Positions 27,403-39,864 of a DNA stretch of 64,000 nt are shown piece after piece; position 1 is the stretch's first letter; each line of letters begins with the position of its first letter. The DNA comes from Mobula hypostoma (lineage: Eukaryota): contig NC_086097.1 of assembly GCF_963921235.1 (NCBI RefSeq), positions 210,864,001 to 210,928,000 on the forward strand, written 5' to 3'. The position numbers and the translations under genes are program-made. The notes beneath the pieces are model-generated. The model was not told the origin of the DNA. It saw nothing but the letters and a program-made list of their open reading frames with translations, and did no database searches.

Positions 27403-27607
27403 AGCAGACCCTTTTTAGTTACCAGAAGTGTGACACTGTAATAAATCATTCTTAATGATTTTATTTATTTTAATATGTCTGTGTGAAATGAGAATTTAAG
27501 AGATGAAATAGGAACACTGATGGAATTTTCAATATTTATGCACAGCTCTTGTCACTTCAAGCTAGATGCATTTGACAGTTATATATCATCTGCTTTTGCT
27601 TTTGGGG
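27398..27607 (+). repeat. Diverged direct duplicate of 30687-30908
   Basis: Shared blocks tctgcagcagac, tgtaataaatca, tgaaatgagaa, ctgatggaattttca, gctcttgtcact and catttgacagttatatatcatct in the same order. Confidence 0.9.
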
Positions 27608-27666
27608 ATAATAATTATTATTATTATTATTAGTTTTTATTGCATTTGAACAGTATGTCTTCTTTT

Positions 27667-27995
27667 ACCCATTTGTTTACTTGCAAATGTTTTGTTACCA
27701 TACAAGGAGACGTCATCAGTGCACTGTCAATTGTGATGTCCTCTGAATGCTTGGCCTTATATACATATAAATCAGCTGATTGGTTGTCATTACAGAAACT
27801 CATTTGTGATGTAGAGAGGAAGTCTCGTCGCTGATTAGTTGTGTGATGAACTTTGTGCGTTGTGTTCTGGAATTCTGCCCACATCAATAGGGTTGGGGGT
27901 CTACATGTCTGTTTACAGAATTGTTCATGGAAAACCATGCTTCTAGGAATTCCCTTGCATACCATGTGTTTGCTTGTGCCATAACTTTCTCTGAT
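27667..27995 (-). mobile_element. Penelope-like element 3' fragment (GIY-YIG C-terminus + decayed hammerhead)
   Basis: Minus frame ...AQANTWYAREFLEAWFSMNNSVNRHVD..., followed by TGCA CTGATGA...AAAACATT TGCA at 27682-27723. Confidence 0.75.
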
Positions 27996-28791
27996 GCTTA
28001 CTCTATTGTATTTCTTTGTGTATATGAATGTTTGGAGTAAATAAATCTCAGGGAAGTTTATGGTAACATACTGTATAGGTAGTTCGATAATAAATTTACT
28101 TTGAGTTTTGACCTATAAAAGCTGTTTAAAGTTAGAGAAGTTATTGTACTACACTTCCTTATAACAAAATCAGCATTACTTTTAACACAATATACTTCTC
28201 AGCCTCAGAATGTTGAAGTAGATTCTTCTTAATTATTGAAGCATGATCTGTTAAAAACCAGCACTGATTAGTAATACAGAAAAGACTCAGTTGGAGACTG
28301 AAACAACAAACATTTAATTTCTGCTTCTTATACACCAAAGGAGCCTAAGGCCTTAATTTGCTCATCTACCACCTCTGCAGTCTTGCTAATGATTTTGGAA
28401 CATGCTGTCTTCCCAGCTGCTCAGAGAAAACCCCTGCCTTTATTTTATTTTATAGTTTCTTTGAACATTTTAGTGTAATCGTGCTGATTATTTTTTGGAG
28501 AGTGAGGAAAGAAAAGGAGGCCAAAGAGCTACGGAAGGTGAATATTTGCAGGTCATGACAAACCTAGAATCAAATATTTCAATCCAGCAACACCTCAGTT
28601 TTAAAATCCTCATCATTGTTCTCAAATTCTGCTGCAATCTCACTTCCCCCTGTCACTATAATCTGTGCCAGACCTATAAACTTCCAAGAAATCCTTGCTC
28701 TGCCTCTACTGTTCTATTCAGAATCTCTCCCCACTTCCCAGCCCAACTTTAGAACTCTCATTTGGGTGAATGCTGAATGATGTATCCCCCG

Positions 28792-29269
28792 TGTCAGATC
28801 AGTACCCTGAAATAACAAACAGTACACAATATGCGGTTAGGCAAGTAAGATTTTATAACTCTTACTTTGACTATGAGACTAATATAGAAATAAAATATAA
28901 AATAAAAGGCACCAATAATCTTATTAAACAGTCCAGTGCACAAATCGTTGGAGCTCACGGATTTTCCTTCACTGATCCTCCTTTGTTCATCGTTGGCCTC
29001 CGGGCTCCCACCCAGAGCCCAGAGGATGGGGCAAACCACCCACTCCTCAAGTCGCGTCTTCTCTCTTCATCCTCCTCGCATCTTCTCAGACCACACAGAC
29101 AAGAAAGAATAACATTGCTTCCATTGGTTAGCACTGCATTCCAAAGTCCCGTTATCTCTACCTATAACCCAAACATGCTGCTACAGAAAACCCATTATCT
29201 CAGCAGTTAACATTACAGAGAAGCCATTTTATTAGCCTTAGCAGTTAACATAAAAGAGAAACCCTTAAA
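28792..29269 (-). mobile_element. Possible solo LTR
   Basis: Minus strand runs TTTAAGGG...CTGACA (the expected TG start reads TT). Flanks ccccg/cccct. CCAAT on minus at ~29125. Internal repeat agcagttaacat x2. Confidence 0.45.
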
Positions 29270-30686
29270 CCCCTAATTTTCAATTTTCTTCCTCTGGATA
29301 TAAGCCCAAATGCATGTTTCTTTAATGACCTAGATAACTTGTGGCATAACTTTTAGTGTTTGGTGTATTTCTAGTTTGGGATTCCATTGTTCCCCTACAC
29401 CATCTGGATCTGCACCTTCCATGTAATAAGTGACCTCTAAATTCTTTCTGCTAAATTTACTGCCTTGTATTTGTATGTGGCGAGCTTCATTAGCCAATAA
29501 TTTCCCCACAAACTTATTAATATACTTCTGCAAATCATTACAGGCTTCCCAACTCTAAATTTGTTATCCTTTGCTCAGAGAGAAATTATTTCAATTTCCA
29601 AGTCAACACTGTCAATGCTGAAGATGAACTGCAGTGATTTCAGGATTGACTCTTGTGGAACATCACTGTTCAAGATCTTCCACTCTGACTCTCTGCTTTA
29701 CCTCATTGAATGTACTTTTTAGCAAATGCACAAAAATCTGCTTATGTGGATCATTTCTGAACTCTGCTTTGCAACTTAGACAGACAGGTATGTCAAACTA
29801 CACTATTGTTTTTGCCTTTTGTGTTGATGCAGGAAATATAATAATTTAGTGCCCTTCCCACATCTGTGGAGGAAAAACTAAAGTTGAGAAAAATGGAAGA
29901 ATCCTTAGTAGCATGACGTGGAAGGTGGTGATGTTAGGGCAGGTGCAATGGTGAAGGAGAAACTGGAGAAAAAAAATTGAGTCCTTACAGAAAGTAAAGT
30001 AGGAGGAAAATGTTGGAGTCTGTGGAACCCCTAGTAGAAATTGAATGTTGAATTCATCCCAAGACAGAGGTGTAGAATTTGAAGAAGGGAAGGGAAAACT
30101 TGGAGATACACCATGTGAAAGTGAAAAGAGGGAGGAAATTGGCAGCAAAAGTGGTGAAATTTCCAGTTCTAAATGAGAGTAGGCACCAACATTTGTCAAT
30201 TTTCTGGAAAATATGAGAAAGAAGACATGAGTTGGATCGAAACAATGGTTCTTCCATTTATCCCCAAAAGTGGTGTGGATGTGCACTTTGCTTGCTATTC
30301 TTTAAAACAGAATGAATTATGTTACTGTTCTGAAGCACAAATCAAAGGGTGTTATTTTGGTGAAAGTCACCAGTTAGAGCGTTGTTGCCTAGACAGATCC
30401 TTTAAAAGTTTGTTTCAGAACAGTGTTCCAAATGATCTGATCTCAGCAGAGTTTTGTAGGTTTTATAGAAATCTTGTAGCAGTTTTTTGTGGGCTTCGCA
30501 GAGACACTTTCATTATAGTGGAGTGTGCTGGCTGGCAAATAATGGCTGTGGTAAGGCAAGTCCAGAACCTGAACAATCACCTTAGCAGATTCTAGGATAC
30601 GGCACATGTCTGGCTGCATCAGCACTAGAGTCCTGTACTATCCATGATGAAGTCCATCTTACATTTCTACTCCCCTGCTCCCTCAT

Positions 30687-30908
30687 TCTGCAGCAGACGG
30701 TTAACGTTGTCCGAAAGAGTGACAATGTAATAAATCAATCTTAATGTTGTTATTTATTTTATTATGTCTGTCTGAAATGAGAAGTTTAGAGATGGAATAG
30801 GAACCCTGATGGAATTTTCATTATTTATGCTAGGCTCTTGTCACTCTAAGCAAATTCAAATCTAATGACATTTGACAGTTATATATCATCTACCTTTGAT
30901 ATTTGGGG
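30687..30908 (+). repeat. Partner (likely donor) of the duplicate at 27398-27607
   Basis: Same shared blocks; lies in otherwise non-repeat-looking sequence. Confidence 0.85.
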
Positions 30909-32094
30909 GTAACCTTGTTGTATCAATTTCTTTTGAAGACCACTAGAAATATCTTCAAGAATTATTGGTGCACTAAAACTGTTCAACAACTGCTTTGTTA
31001 TATTGACTGCAATATTTTAACATCCAACAGGTTCACAGTTTAAACCTGCTTTATAAATATAAATTCCATTTTATTTTAGCTTTGACCTGAATGCCTTTTG
31101 ATCCTCAAACATGGGAATGCCCATTTATGTGCAAGGGCAAAAGTTTCAGTAGAGATTTTGGTTGGATTTTAATTACAACATTCTGTTCACTAAGTAAACA
31201 ATGCAACTAGCAACACGAGTCCGGAAACAGAGCATCTGCAGAGCATGTACTAATTTCTTATTGCTCTAAGTAAAGTACATTGTGCATTTATTATAATTAA
31301 TCTCATAAGAAGAGGAAGCAAGTACACACCATTCAGCCTCTCATGCTTGATTTGCACTTCAATAGAATCAGGGCTGATCATTTAACTCTGCACCACTTGC
31401 CTGCACTAAATTCATGCCCCCTGATTTTTTAACACATAAAAACCTATCAATCTCTGCCTGGAAGGTGTATTGCCCAATTTCTATGGGGTATGATTGGAGA
31501 AATCCAAAAAGCTTTCTCATCTCTGTCCTGAATGATAAACACTTTATGCTATTTCTGTAATGCCGAGTAACAGAGACACCAGCAAGGGAAAGACGAACTC
31601 CACACATACCCTGTCAAATTGCCAGTTAGATTCCTTGAATGTCCTATATGAAAAGAGGTGGAAAATATGAATGGAATTTATATTTACAAAATATGTTTAA
31701 ATCGTGAACTAGTCCCTGTCAAACACATGTGTTTCAATAAGGTTTCTTCCCATTTCAAAGTTCAATGTAAATTTATAATCAAAGTACATATATGTCATTG
31801 TATACAACCCTGAGATTCATTTTCTTATGCGTATTCACAGTAAATACAAAGAAACACAATAGAATTCATGAAAGACAGTACACAACAAGACAGACAAACA
31901 ATCAACATGCATAGGACAAACAAACTGTGCAAATACAAAACTCTAGCTAAATGGGCCCTGTTTACCTAACCTCTTTTCAAATAGGACATCAGCCATTCAA
32001 GGAATCTAACTGGTGATTGGCAGCATGCCCCTAATCACAATATATCCCTCTGTAGCTAGAGAGACCAGATCTATACACAATATACTTCATGGAC

Positions 32095-33980
32095 TCGTGA
32101 AGTTTTCCGCAGCCATCAATGCTGGGTGTGTTGTTACTTGTCATCTATACCAATGACTTGGATGATAATGTGGTAAATTGGATCAGCAAATTTGTGGATG
32201 ACACTAAGATTAGGGGCACATTGGATCAAGGAAGACTATCAAATCATTCAATGCATCCAGGACCAAATGGAAAAAATGGCAGATGGAATTTAATACAGAA
32301 AAGTGCAGGGTGTTGCACTTTAGGAGGATAAACCAGGCTAGGACTTACACAGTGAACAGAACACTGTGAGGAGTGCAGGAGACCAGAAGGATCTGGGAAT
32401 ACAGATCTATCATTCCTTTTAGATGCCTTACTTTTTCCTTAACAGTGTCTGCCGTCTACCAGAGTTATCAGAGTCAATAAGTTTTGATGAAGGGATGATG
32501 ACCTGAAAAATTGACGCTCTTTCTCCTACCACAGATGTGGCTGAACCTGCAGATTATTCCCAGCATTTTCTGTTTTATGTTGACAGAAGTTTCAATCATA
32601 CCTCATTTAGTCCTGCGAGATTTTATTGCTTTACTTTCCATTTGCTTCTAGAATTCTGAAATTACTGTTTCCTCTGTGACCCTGGTCTACTCTCTCATCT
32701 CCAACAACTGCTCACCTTGTTACTCTGACAGCATGAGTTTCCTTCAGGTACCCTGTGGTTCTCTTCTGTATCAAAAAGTTGTGCTGGTTGATAGGTTAAC
32801 TATGAATTGTAAATTACCCCTAGTGTGCGGATGAGTGTTAGAGTCTCGGATGAGGTGATGGGAATATGGGAATAATAGACTATGGAGAAAATTAATGGGA
32901 ATGCGATTGCTCTGTGAGTTAGTGTGGACTCAATGGAATGAAATGGCCTCAAATTTGTAATGAAATCTATATGGTACATGGATTGAATTCAATGCTCAAT
33001 GTGGTCTAATCTATGTGGAGAAACCAAAATATAGACTTAGGGACCTGATGCCGAACATTTTTATTCAGTTCTCAAATGTGATCCTGACTTCATCTTAATT
33101 TCACTCCAATCCCACTGTGAACCTTCTATGCTTTTCAACAAATTCGAACACAAATTTGAAGAAAAACTCTTATCTTTAGCCTGGGCATATTGCAGCATTT
33201 GGGACTAAGTAACAAACTAAACTAATTTTGGTAACTTGTTTGTGTGTTTCAGCTTTACTGGAAGGTTATCCATCTACAATATTAACTCAGTTTTCCTCTC
33301 AGATCTGCTGGACCATTCCTGCATTTTCATTTGATTTCAAGTTTCATCAATAGCTGTGACCTGCAACTGACAGTTTTACTATGTCCTTGTGTGATCTTTC
33401 TCTCTAATTTCCCATAGCAGTTAATATAATGCTGTTAGATCACTAGTGAACTGGGTTCAATATCATCCCTGTCCGTACAGTTTCCCCATGACTGCAAGTA
33501 TTTCCTTTCAGCGTTTGGGTCTCCTTCTACATTTCAAAGAGGTATAGGTTAATAGACAATAGGTGCAGGAGTAGGCCATTCAGCCCTTTGAGCTAGCACC
33601 ACCATTCACAGTGATCATGGCTGATCATCCACAATCAGTACTCTTTAATACGTTAGTAGATTAATTGGTTACATGGGTTTAATTAGGAAGTGTGGACTCA
33701 TTGGGCTAGAAGGGCCTGTTATGGTGCTGTATCTCTGAATAATAAACTTCCTTCACTAATCTATTATCCAAAAAGTCCCATAAACATTGGGAACACTTGA
33801 GCGATCATGACCTCACCCTAGCAGAGATATGCCCTTTGTCCCAACCATCCTGCCACATCCTCTCTGCAAATTAAAACCTATTTGTATTCACACTTCCGCA
33901 GGATTGATGAAAGGACTTCTATCTGAAATGCTAACTGTATTTCTCTTTCTCAGATGAATCCTTCCAGCATTTTCTGTTTT
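32095..33980 (+). mobile_element. Mosaic of decayed CR1 RT (32095-32420), V-SINE-like pieces and Penelope GIY-YIG remnant (~33000-33230)
   Basis: IYTNDLDDNVVNWISKFVDDTKI. ctatgtggagaaaccaaaatatagacttagggac resembles a frameshifted Y(I/V)GETK.RL.D. SINE-like blocks at ~32730-32970 and ~33430-33740. Confidence 0.6.
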
Positions 33981-36900
33981 AATTCCACCAATGTATTTTG
34001 TTGTGTAGATCCACTTAAGTTTATTCTATCTCTTGATTTCATGAGCTATCTTTTCTTTCTTCCACCCTTATTCCATTCTTTTATGATGGTACAATGCTGC
34101 CACTTTATACATTTTGACTATGTCTTCTAGAACATTGGTCACTGCAGTCCTGTCTCAGCAATGATGATTAGATCATACCCATCTTTTTCTATTCCTTGTT
34201 CCTTCCTGGGTAATCTTTGCCTGTGGTAAATATTAGGCAGTTTGCTACATTACACTTTTCTACTCACTAACTTCCACAATTTTCCTCATTAACCCACCCC
34301 CCCATACCTTTCTGTAGTTTAAAAACTCAAGTTCAACTATTGATATTTGATTCACTAGGATAGTCAAATACAAATGAATACATCCTAATTCAACAACTCT
34401 ATATTACCCAATGCCCCAAGAGTTGATGCCATTTCTCCTACAAAAGCTCTTAAGTCTTTAATTCAAATTTCTGGTTGTCTTCAGCCTATGCCACATTGCA
34501 CGTCGTAAACCAAAGAACCGTAATGTTTTCACTTTTTAATTTGTCCTATCTGATCATTTCCTTCAGCAGAACCCCTGTCCTATCGCCATCACTGGTTCCC
34601 ACACAATAAACATCCCATTTCCAAGTTCCTCAACTCCGGAAACAAACAGCTGAAGTATCTATCTAACTACAGCATCCCTATTACTGTGGCATTCCCTTTC
34701 ACTCCCTCAACATCAGTAGGCAAGTTTCTTCCAAAACTATCTTATGGATCCTTCAATTGTGTCACTTATAGTCATACTGTCCCATTCACATACATGAAAC
34801 ATTAAACAAAAAGTGTGAGGAGATATGGTTGATGCACATAACAATGGCTTAAGTTCAGAGCTTCTTGGGAAGGTAAACTCTTTTAATTTGATTCGATCTT
34901 AAGTTAATAATGTTGTTTATTAAAATTAAGCAATTACATTTGTAGTTTATCTTATGTTGATGTTTGTTGCTAAACAAAACCAAATTAGATACTTTCAGTG
35001 CAGTTTATGATCTTAATTGACTGTTGGTTAATTCATATTTTATCATTTGCAATTCTATTAAGGTAGGTTTATGCCAAACTATTTTCTCTTCCAGTCTTTT
35101 GTACATACATCTGAACCCTATATCATTGTCAACGCGAACATAAACTTCAAATATCACTAGCAAGAATCCAAATTGTTCTCAATTCAAAAAGTTGAAAATA
35201 TCTTGCTGGAGATGAGTTTTGGACACTGCACTGGTGTTGATGTCACTTGCTTTAGCTGGGTGCCAGGAAAACCGTTCTCAAATAAAAGAAAATCTTCAAT
35301 CAGGTAGGTCACAGATGTTAATGATTGGCATGAAGTCATGCCCAACCAGATGTGGGATTAATTACGACAATGTCAGGACAATTTTCATTTGTCCAATGTC
35401 TATTTTTGTGGTGCTGCACAAATGAAATTCAGGGCCCTTGAATATCAGTGTGAATCCTGTAACAGGCAGCAAAGAGAAGGTTGTTTCTCTATACCACATT
35501 TATGTGCATGCAATTAGGCTGCAATAAACGGTGACCGCTAATGTTCCTGCTTAGGGGACTTGACTGGAATGGTTATGAAAAGATGTTCCTCTCATATGCA
35601 CACCAAGAACAAAGGAGAATACAAGAGAGTCTGCAGATGCTGGATGGAAATCTTGAGCAACACCCACAAAATACTGGAGAAACTCAGCAAGTCAGGCAGC
35701 ATCTATGGTGGGGAATAAACCGTTGATGTTTTGGACTGAGACCCTTCATCAGGCCTCAAGAGCAAGGGGCATTGCTTCTGAAAAAGTGTTTATTCATAAA
35801 AGAGATAAGGAGAATTTCTTCTGTCAAGGATTAGTGAATGTCTGGACTTCCCTACCTCCGAAGGATGGTGCAGGAAGATTCATTGAATCTATTAGTCCAA
35901 GGTAGACACACAGACTCTGAATCTTCAGCTTTATGGGGGAAAGGCAGCAAACAGCAGAACTGAGACTGAGATCTGATCAAATGTTGCATAATATATGATT
36001 GGGGTAAAATCACTGCAACTCAGAAATTGTCATTTACAATAACTTCTGCATGCATTAAGGCAGTACTGCTCACATCTAATTAGCAGTCTGACCCTGTTTG
36101 ATCTTCATGCAAGTTTCAGTGGCCATAGTTCTCAGTCATTTGGCAAGAGAGAGAAACGTACATTCTCTTCATTAATGATGTGTTTGCCTCCTGGACTGCA
36201 ACGATCTGGGTGGAAACAACTGTGCTAATCAAACCTCATCTCAGATCAATAGCAATCTCACTGCTTTCTTGGAGTCACACGATTAATTAATGCTACATCT
36301 AGGCACTTAATAAGCTTAAAAATTCTACAAGCAAAGGAGCAAAGTTATTTTGATTAGAGAAACTTCAGCAAAGATAACTCCCGTCCTCTGCATGGGAATT
36401 TAGGAGGAACTGAAGAGCAAATCCACTGAACTGAAGCATGGAATAACTATCTGTAGTTGTGTATTGCAAGAATTACCATTGTGAAAACAGCTGTTTAAAT
36501 ATAATAACAAGATGGCTGAAAGCATTTCAAATCCAGTATTTTACAGCCAAACCCTGTTGTCTGTCAGCCATTATAGAAACCATGATCTAATTATCCAGAG
36601 CTTTAACAGGGCCCCACCTTCCAGGGTTAGGTTCCTGATTATCATCTTTACACTTCATAGAATTAGAAAAGCAAATATAAATAAATATTTTTTTGTCATG
36701 TCCTCCAGTGGAACTCCACATTAAACATGGAGCAGACCTGTGTCATGCACTGAAGAGCTGAAGTGTAGTCAGGGGCTCCTCTCAGACACATCAGTTATCA
36801 AGCAAAATACCTACTACCTATACATGCACACCTAAAATGTTTTAAATGTGAGATATTGCCTCACACTCAAAAAACCGGCCCACTTTGCTCAAATTTAATA

Positions 36901-38059
36901 CTGTGAAAATGTGAAATGAGGCAACATTCCTGTCCGCGATAACCAATGTTGAATTTCAGTCAAATGACTGAAAGTAACAAACATTTTGAAAAAGCAGTAG
37001 GAATCAGGACTGTAATTTCAACAATGGCCAACTGCTGTGCAGTCAAGGAATGGATTGTGAATAGTAAGAAGGAGAAAAAAATCATAACGGGGAACTATAA
37101 GAGCCAAAGTATTACAGTCACATTAATTGAAAAAAAGGTTAAAATGATCTCATTAAAGGTTAACGTACACAAAATGATCATAGACGATCAAAATATGACA
37201 GGTTTATCAATCAATTCTTCACAGCCATCTTCACCAAAGAAAAACATTGAGCTAATGAATTATGATTCCATTCAAAGGAATAAGATTATCTAGAGCACAA
37301 ATAGGAGCAAATAAAGAATGTGCTATGCAAGCATTAACTATAACCTCCTTGAATAGATGAATCTCCCTGAATCTTCATAGATTTAAAAACAGATTTGTGG
37401 CACTTGATATTTTTCAAAGCGCCATAAGTAATAGATGAGTATTTGAGAATGAGTGAAAAGAAAATATAACATTAATTATTTTAAAAATTAACAAGGCAAA
37501 AACCTGATAATTATATGCCAGTTAGCTTGATATTAATTGCAGAAAAATGCTTAAAAAATTAGATAGACCATTATATAACAAATGTAAAAGCAATGAAAAA
37601 GTCGCAGCATGCAAGATTCATTAGAATTTTAGTAGGACTGCAGTTAATAAGCTATTTAAGATTGGTGCTGATAAGTTAAAGAGCTTGGTAGATGACATGA
37701 TGGAGATATTCAAGAATATGAAAAGAAATGATCAAGCAAATAGAAACAAATTATGTTTACAAGTTTATAAGACTACAGCAAGGCATAAATTTTCAATAGT
37801 AAGATGTATTAGATAGATGGGAACCTGTAGAGGGCCAGATCTTAGATAACGATGATATGGATTTCATAAAGAAGCAGTATGATGTCAACTTTTCACTCAA
37901 TATTAGAAAAATTAAGAGCTGCAGTTGGTCTCAGGAAGCATAGCAGAGTACACAACCTTGTCCGTATCAACAGTGCTGAGGTGGAGATGATTGGGAGCTT
38001 CAGATTCCTAGGCTTCAAGGTGAGCACCATCACTCCATCTGCTGTAACAGCCAGGATCT

Positions 38060-38325
38060 TCTGTGATCATCCACTTATTTCCACTTCCCATTCCCACACT
38101 GGCACACCTGCCCACGGTCTCTACTCTTGCCATATTAAAACCAGCTGTAGACCTCATTCCATTTGGTAGTCTCCAACCTGATAGGATCAACGTCGATTCC
38201 TCTAACTCGTCTAGTCCTGAAGAAAGGTATCAGGTGAAATTACCAACTGTCCATTTTCGTCCATACATGCTGCCTGATCTGCTGATTTCCCGCAGTGTTT
38301 TGTGTGTACTGCTCCAGATATTCTC
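38060..38325 (+). mobile_element. Penelope-like 3' end and terminal repeat remnant
   Basis: STSHSHT...HGL...GSLQPDRINVDSSN, followed by a degenerate agtcctgaagaaagg...gaaa motif at ~38213. Confidence 0.65.
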
Positions 38326-38911
38326 TGTTTTCACCGGGCATTGGAAGGAAATGTTTGAAAATCTGCACCAGGCTGAAGGACAGCTTCTGTCCCACCTTTA
38401 CAAAGACTCTTGAACAGATCTCCAGTACATTAAGGATGATCTTTTGACTTCATAGCCTAACTCATCAAGGCCCTTATTGTCCACTTATACTGCATTTTCT
38501 CTGTAACCGTTAACACTATGTTCTGCATTCTGTATTGCTTTTCTCTTGTTCTACCTCAATGTACTGATCTTTTGAAGTGATCTGTATAGAATTAAGTCTT
38601 TCTAAATATCTCAGTGCATGTGAGAAGAATAAACCAATTCCAGTTCCTATCACAGAGCAGACATTTATAAACTTCTGCTGAACCAGTTTCCATCAATAAC
38701 TTTAATGGTTACCACTCCATTCATCATCATAAACATTTATGACCTCCCCGGCCAGTGAAATGTAAATACAATGCAAATCACCCAGAAAATGCACAGCAGG
38801 TTACACAAAAAAGCATCTCTCAAATCTGTGACCACCACAGCAAAGTCAACATGGCAGCTGGCACATGGAAACAGCCAGCAGCAGGTTCCATTCCCTGGCA
38901 CTCATTGCTGG

Positions 38912-39290
38912 CTGGCACAGCAATGCACCTAGTAGAGCTGTTACCTCACAGGTCCAGTTCAGTCCTGCCAGACTCCTGGCATTGTCTATGTGGGGTTTGC
39001 ACCTCGAGACAGGAACCCTCTTTGTGTCTGCGTAGATTTCCTCTAGGTCCTCTAGTTTCCATCCATATCCCAAGAAAGCTGTGGGTTAGTGGATTTATTT
39101 TCTAGAAGTTGCTGCTGGAGCGTAGGTGAATGGTAGAACCTTGAATGGGTGGGACAGGGGCAAGTAGAGCTGGTGAGTTGGTGAGTTGGGAGAATAAAAT
39201 GGATGAGAGCAGGTTTGGCATAAAATAAGTGCTTAGTAACTGGCATGGACAATGGACTGAAGGACCTGTATCTCTTTTTGATGCTATATC
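38912..39290 (+). mobile_element. V-SINE (HE1-like) with CR1-type tail, degenerate
   Basis: tRNA-like head, gtctatgtggggtttgcac...gtttccatccatatcccaag V-domain-like block, tail ggactgaaggacctgtatct. Confidence 0.55.
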
Positions 39291-39543
39291 ATTATCCTGA
39301 TCTGAAAACATATATTGCTATCGCTTGATCATTATTGGTTCAAAGCATGGAACTCTCCTTGTGACTGTACAGTGGGATAGCAATGCCAGCAAAACTGCAG
39401 AAGTTCAAGAAACTGGTTCCCCACCATAGTCCCAAGGACCAGCAATAATCAATGATATCTGCTTCCCAAATATGGATAAATAATACAGCAAGAGATGTGA
39501 AGAATCTCACGCCTTATAGTAACTAAGGTCTTTTTTCATTCAG

Positions 39544-39576
39544 AAATCTACGGCCAAAGAAAATAATGTTGTTGTG
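39544..39576 (+). CDS. Candidate 33-nt host micro-exon (KSTAKENNVVV in phase 0, or NLRPKKIMLL in phase 2)
   Basis: Branch-like aactaag, then tcttttttcattcag acceptor and consensus G|gtaagt donor. Length divisible by 3. Confidence 0.5.
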
Positions 39577-39864
39577 GTAAGTTTTTCCTTTCTCATTTAG
39601 TTTACATCACAAGTAGTTTACATTGGTCTCCTCCAGTTCCGTGTTTTCTTTCTCGTTGCCAATTGGCAGGTGGACAGTATGTTACATTTTTTGGGTAAGG
39701 GCGGGGTTGGGGATTTGGGGTCTGATGTTCTTGTTGGTGTTTCTCTGTCTTATATTTTTGTGTGTAGGAAAGGGGCTTGGTGGTTATGGGTTTGGTTTCA
39801 GCTGCCATGCGGGCAATCTGTTAGTTTTTGTGCAAGGGAGGGGTTAGGTGGTTTGGGATTTGTT

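Larger units (their letters stand above)
16960..28110 (+). mobile_element. Rex1/Babar 3' fragment split into four pieces by later insertions (16960-17613, 21133-21385, ~27617-27666, ~27996-28110)
   Basis: [11 protein letters not shown] at ~16990. gcatcca|(insert)|tcatcaagga rejoins across 17614-21132. The 3' UTR pieces are collinear with the uninterrupted Rex 3' UTR at ~63080-63340. Confidence 0.75.

Noticed and set aside
35095..35303. Acceptor/donor pair ttctcttccag ... CAG|gtaggt
   Set aside because: All three frames contain stops; at most a non-coding exon, with no support.
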